Source: Polyangiales bacterium (GTDB taxonomy: Bacteria; Myxococcota_A; Polyangia; Polyangiales; Ga0077539). Taken from it: a stretch of 64,000 nucleotides of DNA. Positions 56,009-64,000 of the stretch are shown here, piece by piece (positions within the stretch are counted from its first letter, which is position 1; each line of letters begins with the position of its first letter). The stretch lies in NCBI GenBank assembly GCA_044229975.1, contig JBGARZ010000014.1, positions 158,865 through 222,864 of the forward strand. Direction: 5' to 3'. Under the pieces are notes generated by a model, which was given only the letters and a program-made list of their open reading frames with translations, was not told the DNA's origin and ran no database searches. The position numbers and the translations under genes are program-made.

Positions 56009-57169
56009 ATGGCACGCACCCAGTTCACCTCCGAGTCGGTCAGCGAAGGGCACCCGGACAAGGTCTGCGATCAGGTCTCCGACGCGATCCTCGACGCCAT
56101 CCTCGCCGAAGACCCGAAGGCCCGCGTGGCCTGCGAGACGATGGTCAAGACCGGCTTCGTCGTCATCGCCGGTGAGATCACCACCACGGCGCGCATCGAG
56201 TTTCCGGACGTCATCCGCGCGGTGGTGAAGGACATCGGGTACACGAGCTCGGACATGGGCTTCGACGGCGCGACCTGCGCCGTGATGACGGCCATCGAGC
56301 GCCAGAGCCCCGACATCGCGCAGGGCGTCAACGAGGGTCAGGGCGACTACAAGGAGCAGGGCGCCGGCGACCAGGGGATGATGTTCGGCTTCGCGGTCGA
56401 CGAGACCCCCGAGCTCATGCCCGCCCCCGTGCACTACTCGCACGTCCTCGTCCGCAAGCTCGCCGAGGCCCGCAAGGCCGGCGTCGTCAACTGGCTGCGC
56501 CCTGACGCCAAGAGCCAGGTGACCATCGACTACGTCGACAACCTCCCGGTGCGCATCAACACCGTCGTCATCTCCACGCAGCACGCCCCCGAGGTCGAGC
56601 AGTCGACCATCAAGGAGTTCGCCATCGAGGAGATCATCAAGAAGAACCTCCCGGCGAACCTCCTCGACAAGGACACCAAGTTCTTCATCAACCCGACCGG
56701 CCGCTTCGTCATCGGCGGCCCGATGGGCGACTCCGGTCTCACCGGCCGCAAGATCATCGTCGACACCTACGGCGGCATGGGCCGCCACGGCGGCGGCGCC
56801 TTCTCGGGCAAGGACCCGTCGAAGGTCGATCGCAGCGCGGCCTACTACGCCCGCTACATCGCCAAGAACATCGTCGCCTCGAAGATCGCCCGCCGCTGCG
56901 AGGTGCAGATCGCCTACGCCATCGGCGTCGCGCAGCCCGTCGGCGTCTACGTGCAGACCTTCGGCACCAGCAACGTCCCCGACGAGAAGATCGCCGCGTG
57001 GGTCCAGGCCAACTTCGACATGCGCCCCAAGGCCCTCATCGAAGAGCTCGACCTGCTGCGCCCCATCTACCGCCCCACGGCCGCCTACGGTCACTTCGGC
57101 CGCACCGGCGAAAACTTCACCTGGGAGCGCACCAACCGGGCCGAAGAGATCCGCAAGGCCCTCGGCTGA
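56009..57169 (+). CDS. metK: S-adenosylmethionine synthetase
   Basis: [35 protein letters not shown]. Confidence 0.98.
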   Translation: MARTQFTSESVSEGHPDKVCDQVSDAILDAILAEDPKARVACETMVKTGFVVIAGEITTTARIEFPDVIRAVVKDIGYTSSDMGFDGATCAVMTAIERQSPDIAQGVNEGQGDYKEQGAGDQGMMFGFAVDETPELMPAPVHYSHVLVRKLAEARKAGVVNWLRPDAKSQVTIDYVDNLPVRINTVVISTQHAPEVEQSTIKEFAIEEIIKKNLPANLLDKDTKFFINPTGRFVIGGPMGDSGLTGRKIIVDTYGGMGRHGGGAFSGKDPSKVDRSAAYYARYIAKNIVASKIARRCEVQIAYAIGVAQPVGVYVQTFGTSNVPDEKIAAWVQANFDMRPKALIEELDLLRPIYRPTAAYGHFGRTGENFTWERTNRAEEIRKALG

Positions 57170-57236
57170 GACTCCGTCCGATCACCCACCCGACGCGGTA
57201 GCGATCACGCGCCGCGCCGGGTAGGTTCCCCACCCC

Positions 57237-57827
57237 GTGACACCCGACCACGAAGACACCCCCGAGGCGACCGAGACACGACCGCGCGCCATCCCGACGC
57301 TGGCTGCGGTGTCGATGGGGCTGTCGTTCTTCGGGGTGCAGAGCGCCGAAGGGGGCCTCGGTCTGGTTCGCGCGCCGCAGATCGCTCCGCCCAACGACCT
57401 CAACGCCGCCATCCTCCACGCCATCTGGCGCACCACGCAAGACCACCGGGCCCTCTGCGCGGCCACCGAAGTGGGTCACCTGCTGATGTATCTGCTGCTC
57501 TTCGTCGCGAGCAGCCGGGTGCTCTTCCGCCCGCGCGGCGGCGGTTGGTTGTGGCGGCAGGCGCTCCTCGGCAGCGTGCTCGTGGGAGCAGCCGGAACGG
57601 TGGTCGAGCAGGTGCTGCGGCCCGGTCGCGTGGCGGCGCTGCGGGCCATTCTCGCCAACCCCGCGACGCGCTTCGCTCCGCCCGCCGGCTGGCAGGGCAC
57701 GTCGCTCGACTACGGGACCACGGCCCTGACCTTCACCACCATCGGCTCGTGGGTGACGGTGGGGCTCTTCGCGGCGACGCTCGTCTACGCGACGCGCGAG
57801 CGCACCCGCGCCTGGATCGACGCGTAG
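57237..57827 (+). CDS. Hypothetical membrane protein (about 4 TM)
   Basis: 196-aa ORF with hydrophobic segments. Confidence 0.65.
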   Translation: MTPDHEDTPEATETRPRAIPTLAAVSMGLSFFGVQSAEGGLGLVRAPQIAPPNDLNAAILHAIWRTTQDHRALCAATEVGHLLMYLLLFVASSRVLFRPRGGGWLWRQALLGSVLVGAAGTVVEQVLRPGRVAALRAILANPATRFAPPAGWQGTSLDYGTTALTFTTIGSWVTVGLFAATLVYATRERTRAWIDA

Positions 57828-57829
57828 TC

Positions 57830-58042
57830 CTACGCCGCGCGCGGCGACTTCGAGCGCCTCGCGCCCGTCACGCTCACCGGGAAGAGCGCGCGCAGCTCGT
57901 CGATGCTCACGGGCGCCGGGATGATCCATCGCGCGACGCTGTCGTGCGTCGGGCACAGCCACGCGCGACCTCGCCAACGCACCATCGGTGCTTCGTGGGT
58001 CTTGCACACCGCGCAGTGGATCTTGATCGCTCGGGCCGTCAT
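57830..58042 (-). CDS. Small CxxC...CxxH protein
   Basis: MTARAIKIHCAVCKTH...WLCPTH...; 70 aa; fills an intergenic gap. Confidence 0.5.
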   Translation of the reverse strand: MTARAIKIHCAVCKTHEAPMVRWRGRAWLCPTHDSVARWIIPAPVSIDELRALFPVSVTGARRSKSPRAA

Positions 58043-58254
58043 CGCGGCGGACACCACCACGGCCGTCGAGGCACGTTCAAGGGCTTGACAGCGACTTCCT
58101 GGACGATGGTCGCAACCCCGCGATTTCCCGTGCGGCGATTTGCTCGAATGGGCCTTGAAACGAGCGCTCCGCTGTGTCGTCGCGCGACCATTTGCCCGCG
58201 GCTGCACCGACGGATTGACGCCGTCGCGCGCTTCAAACTACCGTCCGCGCCGCC

Positions 58255-60249
58255 ATGCGCCGAGCCCTTCGTCCGAGCCTCCTTGCCGCCTTCGCCGCCA
58301 CGCTCGCCCTCAGCTCTCCCGCGGCCGCGCAGGACGGAATCAACCCCTCCAACGGCGGGGGCTTCGACCTCCGGCTCTTCCGCCCCGCGGTGGACTCCAA
58401 GGGCCTCATCACCGTCAACGGCACCGACATCCTCGGCTCGCGGTCGTTCTCCTTCGGCCTGATGCTCGACGCGGGCACGGCGCTCGGTCGCATCGGGGCC
58501 GGTGGCTACGGCCTCGTCAGCCAGATGATCACCGGCAACTTCTCCGCCAACATCGGCATCGCCAACCTGCTCGTCGTCGGTGTGCAGCTCCCCATCCACT
58601 TCGTGGGCGGCCCCGGCAACGCGAGCGACGGCATGGGCGGCGCGGTGGGCACCAACGGCTTCCTGCTCAGCCAGTACAATCCGCAGGCGGCCAACCTCGA
58701 CTACCAGGGCCTCGGCGACATCGTGCTGCACGCGAAGCTCCGCTGGCTCCGCGCCGAGTACTGGCCCGTCGGCCTCGCCGTCATCCTCCAGGCGGGCATT
58801 CCCGTGATGGGCGGGTCGCGGCAGTTCGTGGGCGAGCCCGCGCCGTGGATCTGGCCCTCGGTCGCCGTCGAGCGCCGCTTCGGTCGGCGCTGGCGCCTCG
58901 CGGCCAACCTCGGCGCGCGCATCCCCTTCGGGTCGGGCTCGGCGCTCACGCCGGCGACGTCCGTGATGAGCATGCAGACCAGCGACACGGTCACCTACGG
59001 GCCGTCGCTCACCGTCGGCCTCGGCGTGTCGTTTCGCGCGAGCTCGTTCATCGACTTCATGGCCGAGACCTACGGCGCGCAGTACCTCAACGGCTTCGGT
59101 CAGGCTGGGGCCACGACGCCCTTCGAGGCCGTCGGCGGGATGAAGATCTTCGTCGACCGCAACTCGTACCTCACCCTCGGCGCGGGCGGCGGGTACACCA
59201 GCGGCCTCGCGGCGGCGGGCTTCCGCGGCTTCGTCGGGTTCGTGTTCGAGCCGTCCATCGCGGACACCGACGGCGACGGCTACCGCGACGACGTCGATCG
59301 TTGCCCGCTGGAGCCTGAGGACTTCGACAACTTCGAGGACGAGGAGGGCTGCCCCGAGCCCGACAACGACCGCGACGGCATCCTCGACGTGGACGACCAG
59401 TGCCCGTTGGTTCCGGAAGACCGCAACGGTCAGCAGGACTCCGACGGCTGCCCCGACGCCAACGTGCAAGACCGCGACGGCGATCAGATCTCGGACAACG
59501 TCGACCAGTGCCCGGACGACCCCGAAGACCGCGACAGCTTCGAGGACGAAAACGGCTGCCCCGACCCCGACAACGACCAGGACCAGATCCTCGACACGGA
59601 CGACCTCTGCCCCAACGAGCCCGAAGACCGCGACGGCTTCGAGGACGACAACGGCTGCCCCGACCCCGACAACGACCACGACGGGATTCTCGACGCGCAG
59701 GACCACAGCGCGAGTGGCGTCGACTGCCGCAACGACCCGGAGGTCTTCAACGGCCTCGAAGACACCGACGGCTGCCCCGACAACGGCGTGCTGCGCCGCG
59801 TGGGCACCGAGATCCAGTTGAACCAGCAGATCAACTTCGAGACCGACTCGGCGCAGATCATCGAGAGCGACACCAACCGCACCATCATCGAGCAGATGAG
59901 CGCGCTGCTGAACACCAACCCCGACATCCAGCTCGTGGAGGTGGAGGGCCACACCGACGAGCGCGCGCCCGACGACCACAACCTCCAGCTCTCCCGCGAC
60001 CGCGCCAACAGCGTGGTGCAGGCGCTGGTGGGTCGCGGCGTCGCGGCCACCCGCCTCGTCGCGGCCGGGTACGGCGAGTACTGCCCGCTCGACCCGCGCT
60101 CCAACCTCGAAGCGTGGACGCGCAACCGCCGCGTGCAGTTCTTCATCATCCGCACCGAGGTGGAGGGGCGCAGCACGGCCGCCGCCGGCTGCCCGCGCGG
60201 TCGCCAGTACATCCCGGCTTCGGTGGGAGCTCCCCGCCGCGCCGAATAG
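58255..60249 (+). CDS. Outer-membrane beta-barrel - TSP3 repeats - OmpA domain protein (TraB-like architecture)
   Basis: Signal peptide; amphipathic beta strands; DxDxDG...CP repeats; VEGHTD, LSRDRA, NRRVQF. Confidence 0.92.
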   Translation: MRRALRPSLLAAFAATLALSSPAAAQDGINPSNGGGFDLRLFRPAVDSKGLITVNGTDILGSRSFSFGLMLDAGTALGRIGAGGYGLVSQMITGNFSANIGIANLLVVGVQLPIHFVGGPGNASDGMGGAVGTNGFLLSQYNPQAANLDYQGLGDIVLHAKLRWLRAEYWPVGLAVILQAGIPVMGGSRQFVGEPAPWIWPSVAVERRFGRRWRLAANLGARIPFGSGSALTPATSVMSMQTSDTVTYGPSLTVGLGVSFRASSFIDFMAETYGAQYLNGFGQAGATTPFEAVGGMKIFVDRNSYLTLGAGGGYTSGLAAAGFRGFVGFVFEPSIADTDGDGYRDDVDRCPLEPEDFDNFEDEEGCPEPDNDRDGILDVDDQCPLVPEDRNGQQDSDGCPDANVQDRDGDQISDNVDQCPDDPEDRDSFEDENGCPDPDNDQDQILDTDDLCPNEPEDRDGFEDDNGCPDPDNDHDGILDAQDHSASGVDCRNDPEVFNGLEDTDGCPDNGVLRRVGTEIQLNQQINFETDSAQIIESDTNRTIIEQMSALLNTNPDIQLVEVEGHTDERAPDDHNLQLSRDRANSVVQALVGRGVAATRLVAAGYGEYCPLDPRSNLEAWTRNRRVQFFIIRTEVEGRSTAAAGCPRGRQYIPASVGAPRRAE

Positions 60250-60302
60250 TGCGCGCGAGCGTCTGTACAAGTCGCCCGTGATGGGCTAATCGGGGCGCCA
60301 CC

Positions 60303-60425
60303 ATGGGTACCCCGCAAGATCCCCCCGCCCGCCGTAAGCAGAAGCAGCGCCGCCGCGCGAAGGAAGCTCGTCTCCGCCGCAAGGCCGAAGCCGCTGCTGC
60401 CGCCGCGCCGGTCGCCGCCAAGTAG
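60303..60425 (+). CDS. Small basic protein (40 aa)
   Basis: Own translation MGTPQDPPARRKQKQRRRAKEARLRRKAEAAAAAAPVAAK*; followed by a strong hairpin. Confidence 0.65.
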   Translation: MGTPQDPPARRKQKQRRRAKEARLRRKAEAAAAAAPVAAK

Positions 60426-60449
60426 TCCAGTCAAAACCCCTCAGCCGTG

Positions 60450-60511
60450 ACGACCCCTCTCGTCCCAATCGCTCCCGATCACCGATCGGAAGCGGGGACG
60501 AGAGGGGTCGT
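60450..60511. terminator. Long stem-loop
   Basis: 17-bp perfect inverted repeat ACGACCCCTCTCGTCCC / GGGACGAGAGGGGTCGT enclosing an inner CCGATC/GATCGG stem. Confidence 0.65.
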
Positions 60512-60537
60512 GACGCATCGACGGTAGCACCGCCCCG

Positions 60538-60569
60538 CGTGACACCGCCGTGACTCCCTGCGCCATGAC
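60538..60569 (-). promoter_or_regulatory. Pho-box-like direct repeats upstream of phoD
   Basis: CGTGAC at 60538 and 60549 (11-bp period; GTCACG on the minus strand) plus CATGAC at 60564. Confidence 0.45.
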
Positions 60570-60653
60570 ATGGCCACGCGAGAGGCGATGCGACTATGGT
60601 CGCGCCCCGCGCGGGCCATACCACCACCAACGCCCGCTCCGGAGCACCTCTCC

Positions 60654-62366
60654 ATGTCGACGCTGACCCGCCGTGAACTTCTCCAGGTAGTGGGCGCCGC
60701 CGGTTTGACCGCCGCGGGCTGCTCGGACGACCCCGCGCCCGTCACCGACGCGGGCACCGACCTCGGCAACCCCGTCGATGGCGGCGCCGACGCGGGCTCT
60801 GACGCGGGCTTCGATGCGGGCACTCCACAGGACGTCGGCGTCGACGCGGCGAGGGACGTCGTGCGCGGGGACGTCGAGACGCGGACGGGCCTCTTCCTGC
60901 ACGGCGTCGCGAGCGGCGACCCGACCGCGGAGGCGGTGATTCTCTGGACGCGCGTGACCGCGCCGGAGGGCATGACGGCCGACGTGGTGGTCACCTGGGA
61001 GACCTCGCTCACCGTCGACTTCGCCGCCATCGCGACGACGGGGATGTTCACCACCGGCGCGATGCGGGACTTCACCGTGAAGGTCGACGCGACGGGGCTG
61101 CGCGCGGCGACGACGTACTACTTCCGCTTCCGCGCCAACGGGATGACCTCGCCGGTCGGCCGCACCCGCACCACCGCCGCAAGCGCGACCGCGCTCGACC
61201 GGGCGCGCCTCGCGGTGGTGTCGTGTTCGAGCATGGCGCACGGGTACTTCCACGCGTACCGCGCGGTGTCGCGTCGGCTCGACCTCGACGCGGTGATCCA
61301 CCTCGGCGACTACATCTACGAGTACGGAACCGGTGAGTACGGCAACGTGCGGGAGTACGACCCGCCCACGGAGATCCGCTCGCTGTCGGACTACCGTCGC
61401 CGCCACGCGCACTACAAGCGCGACGCCGACCTGCGGGCGTGCCACCAGCAGCACCCGTTCATCTGCATCTGGGACGACCACGAGTTTGCCGACAACACCT
61501 GGGAGGGCGGCGCGCAGAAGCACATGCCCGCGACCGACGGCGAGTGGTCGGCCCGCAAGGCCGCCGCGATGCAGGCCTACTTCGAGTGGATGCCGATCCG
61601 CGAGCAGGCCGACCGGCGCATCTTCCGCAAGCTCCAGTTCGGGACGCTCATCGACCTCGTGCTGCTCGACACGCGCGTGTGGGGTCGCCCGCTCCAGACC
61701 ATGGGGATGAACCCGCCCTTCAACGACCTCTCGCGCACGCTCCTCGGGGCCGACCAGGAGACCTGGTTTCTCGGGCAGATCATGACCTCGCGCGCGACCT
61801 GGAAGGTGGTCGGGCAGCAGGTGATGATGGGGCAGCTCCCGCAGTTCCTGAACACCGACGCGTGGGACGGCTACCCCGGCGCGCGCAACCGCTTCTTCGC
61901 GCTGCTCCGCACGATGATGGTCAACGACGTGGTGGTGCTCACCGGCGACATCCACTCGTCGTGGGCGATGGACCTCACCGAAGACCCCAACAGCACCACG
62001 GCCTACGACCCGGCCACCGGGCGCGGCTCGCTCGCGGTGGAGTTCGTCGGCCCCGCGGTCACCTCGCCGGCCTTTCCCCCGGGCGTGGTCACCGACGCGG
62101 CCAACCGCCTCCTCGTGAACAATCGGCACCTGAAGTACTTCGACCTCGTGCGCCGTGGGTACGTGATCCTCGACGTGACGCCGACCCGCTTCCAGGGGGC
62201 GTTCTATCACTACGAGCACGGCACCACCTTCGTGCCGGAGGCCGCGACGGAGAGCTTCTCCAGCGCGTGGTCGACGGTGCCCGGCCGCAACCACCTGGAG
62301 CGCGACTCCATGGCCGCCGCCGCGCGCGCCGACGCCCCCGCCGCCGCGCCCGCTGAAGTGGGGTAG
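60654..62366 (+). CDS. phoD: Alkaline phosphatase D, Tat lipoprotein
   Basis: TRRELL...AGC; HGVASGDP, HLGDYIYE, WDDHE, LLDTR, DAWDGY, LTGDIH. Confidence 0.95.
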   Translation: MSTLTRRELLQVVGAAGLTAAGCSDDPAPVTDAGTDLGNPVDGGADAGSDAGFDAGTPQDVGVDAARDVVRGDVETRTGLFLHGVASGDPTAEAVILWTRVTAPEGMTADVVVTWETSLTVDFAAIATTGMFTTGAMRDFTVKVDATGLRAATTYYFRFRANGMTSPVGRTRTTAASATALDRARLAVVSCSSMAHGYFHAYRAVSRRLDLDAVIHLGDYIYEYGTGEYGNVREYDPPTEIRSLSDYRRRHAHYKRDADLRACHQQHPFICIWDDHEFADNTWEGGAQKHMPATDGEWSARKAAAMQAYFEWMPIREQADRRIFRKLQFGTLIDLVLLDTRVWGRPLQTMGMNPPFNDLSRTLLGADQETWFLGQIMTSRATWKVVGQQVMMGQLPQFLNTDAWDGYPGARNRFFALLRTMMVNDVVVLTGDIHSSWAMDLTEDPNSTTAYDPATGRGSLAVEFVGPAVTSPAFPPGVVTDAANRLLVNNRHLKYFDLVRRGYVILDVTPTRFQGAFYHYEHGTTFVPEAATESFSSAWSTVPGRNHLERDSMAAAARADAPAAAPAEVG

Positions 62367-62419
62367 CGCGGGACAATTTCCGTCGTCGCCCGTAGTCTCC
62401 GCCCCCATCTCTAAAGCCT

Positions 62420-63343
62420 ATGTGGATCGCCCATGATTTCCGCGCCGCCCGTCGGGGCGCGCCCACTGCTCTCGCCATCGGCAACTTCGACGGAGTTCAT
62501 CGCGGGCACCGCCACCTGCTCGACCGCGTGAAGGCCGCCGCGGCTTCGTTCGGTGGAGAGTCCGTGGCGCTCACGTTTGATCCGCACCCGACGCGGGTGC
62601 TGGCGCCCGACCGCGCCGCGCCGCTCGTGGTGGGCCTCGACCGCAAGCTGGAGCTGCTGGGCGCGACGGGCATCGATGCCGTGGTGGTGCAGCGCTTCGA
62701 CCTGTCCTTTGCGTCGCAGTCGCCGGAGGAGTTCGTCGGCAGCGTGGTGCTGGGTCTACGGGCGAAGGAGGTCTTCGTCGGCGAGGACTTCCACTTCGGT
62801 CGCAACCGCGAGGGCAACGGCGCGGTGCTGGTGGCGCTCGGGCAGACGCTCGGGTTTCGCGCGCACGTGGTGGCGCCGCTGGAGGAGTCGTCGGTTCCGG
62901 TGAGCTCGTCGCGGGTGCGGCGGGCGCTGGCCGACGGTGACCTCGCGCTGGCGAAGTCGCTGCTCGGGCGCGACTACGACCTCGATGGCCTGGTGATCAC
63001 CGGGCACAAGCGCGGCCGGACGCTGGGCTTCCCGACGGCCAACCTGGCGACGGAGTGCGAGGCGCTCCCGAAGGACGGCGTGTACGCGGTGCGTGTAACA
63101 GCGCTCGACGGCGGCGTGGTCGATCACCCCGCGGTGATGAACCTCGGGTCGCGGCCGACGTTTCGCGCGGGGCGCAGCCTGGAGGCGCACCTGCTCGACG
63201 CGGACGTCGACCTGTACGGGCGCACGCTGCGGGTGACCTTCGCGGCGCGGCTGCGGGACGAGCAGCGCTTCGACGGGGTCGATGCCTTGAAGGCGCAGAT
63301 CGCCGCGGACGTCGCGGCGGCGCGCGTGGTGCTGGGTGCTTGA
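62420..63343 (+). CDS. ribF: Bifunctional riboflavin kinase/FAD synthetase
   Basis: IGNFDGVHRGH, TFDPHP, SSSRVR, GRTLGFPTAN, EAHLLD. Confidence 0.96.
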   Translation: MWIAHDFRAARRGAPTALAIGNFDGVHRGHRHLLDRVKAAAASFGGESVALTFDPHPTRVLAPDRAAPLVVGLDRKLELLGATGIDAVVVQRFDLSFASQSPEEFVGSVVLGLRAKEVFVGEDFHFGRNREGNGAVLVALGQTLGFRAHVVAPLEESSVPVSSSRVRRALADGDLALAKSLLGRDYDLDGLVITGHKRGRTLGFPTANLATECEALPKDGVYAVRVTALDGGVVDHPAVMNLGSRPTFRAGRSLEAHLLDADVDLYGRTLRVTFAARLRDEQRFDGVDALKAQIAADVAAARVVLGA

Positions 63344-63358
63344 GAGGGCGGTGACGAG

Positions 63359-63985
63359 ATGAGCCGAGAGCTGGACGACGCGGTGACGTTCGAAGACGAG
63401 GACGGCGAGGCCAACACGCTGTCGGCAGAGTTTGCGACGTCGACCATGGGGCACGTGCTGCTGGGGCAGGGGCGGGCGGACGCGGCGCGCGAGGTGTTTC
63501 GCGCGGTGCTGTCGAAAGACCCGGCGGACGCGGAAGCCCTGCGAGGACTTGCGCTGCTGGGCGTGACGGCGGTGGCGCCGACGACGGCGGTGGCGCACGC
63601 GGTGGATGCGACGACGGCGTACGCGCGCTGGTCCATCGGTGGGGCGCGGCCGCGGGAGGGCGCGTCGCTGGTGCTGGTGGTGGTGTCGCTGTGGATCGAC
63701 GGTCGGGCGCTGCGGCGCGACGAGCGCGAGTACGCGGTGGAGTCGCTGGAGGGCGAGCGCTTCGTGGCGGGGCTCCGGCCGGGGGCGGCGCATCACCTCG
63801 CGGTGGGTTGGCGATCGGCGGACGGGTTCAGGCCGCTGGCGACGATGGGGCCGGTGCACACGCCGGGCGCGGCGCCGAGCAGCCGCGTGGCGACCGACCT
63901 CGCGACGGTCGGTCGGGCGCCGACGCAGACCGTCTTCGAAGAAGTGCTCGACGCCTGGCAGCGCGCCGCGATGCCGAGCTCGTAG
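63359..63985 (+). CDS. Hypothetical protein: TPR-like helix pair plus DUF4912-like beta domain
   Basis: TSTMGHVLLGQG..AAREVF; VDATTAYARW...VGWRSADGFRPLA...VHTP. Confidence 0.7.
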   Translation: MSRELDDAVTFEDEDGEANTLSAEFATSTMGHVLLGQGRADAAREVFRAVLSKDPADAEALRGLALLGVTAVAPTTAVAHAVDATTAYARWSIGGARPREGASLVLVVVSLWIDGRALRRDEREYAVESLEGERFVAGLRPGAAHHLAVGWRSADGFRPLATMGPVHTPGAAPSSRVATDLATVGRAPTQTVFEEVLDAWQRAAMPSS

Positions 63986-64000
63986 CCGCCACCCGCCGCC

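Noticed and set aside
12043..57169. SAM/MTA-cycle cluster (pgeF, mtnP, rlmI, metK)
   Set aside because: The genes are many kb apart in separate transcription units; likely coincidence.
58085..58110. Sigma70 promoter for the OmpA gene
   Set aside because: Perfect TTGACA but no acceptable -10 at 16-18 bp spacing.

Overview
Very GC-rich, gene-dense bacterial chromosome segment. It is most consistent with Myxococcota (Polyangiales/Sorangiineae-like), based on a MYXO-CTERM tail, a TIGR02266-type PilZ domain, a TraB-like OmpA/TSP3 protein, a kinase-STAND-TPR protein and many Cys-rich lipoproteins. Housekeeping content includes ssrA (tmRNA, tag ANDNDVPLAFAA) divergent from sspB, plus malQ, pgeF, mtnP, fadD, recJ, an RlmI-type methyltransferase, metK, phoD and ribF. 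The standout is a 1792-aa five-domain lipid enzyme (38923-44301, minus strand): fatty acyl-AMP ligase, catalase-related allene-oxide-synthase-like heme domain, PAI-like FAD fatty-acid isomerase, ACP and Pfa3-type acyltransferase. It is flanked by a divergent HAD phosphatase and a convergent DUF2834-like membrane protein, and is a candidate self-contained oxylipin/conjugated-lipid assembly line. Other notable items: an orphan three-gene radical-SAM module resembling FtsH-ternary-system components; a RAYT-like HUH transposase bracketed by inverted REP arrays; a palindromic 36-bp repeat mini-array upstream of an unknown gene; an att-like signature at the ssrA 3' end; three gene relics; and two small proteins missing from the ORF track. 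All family assignments come from motif reading and recall; no database searches were run.
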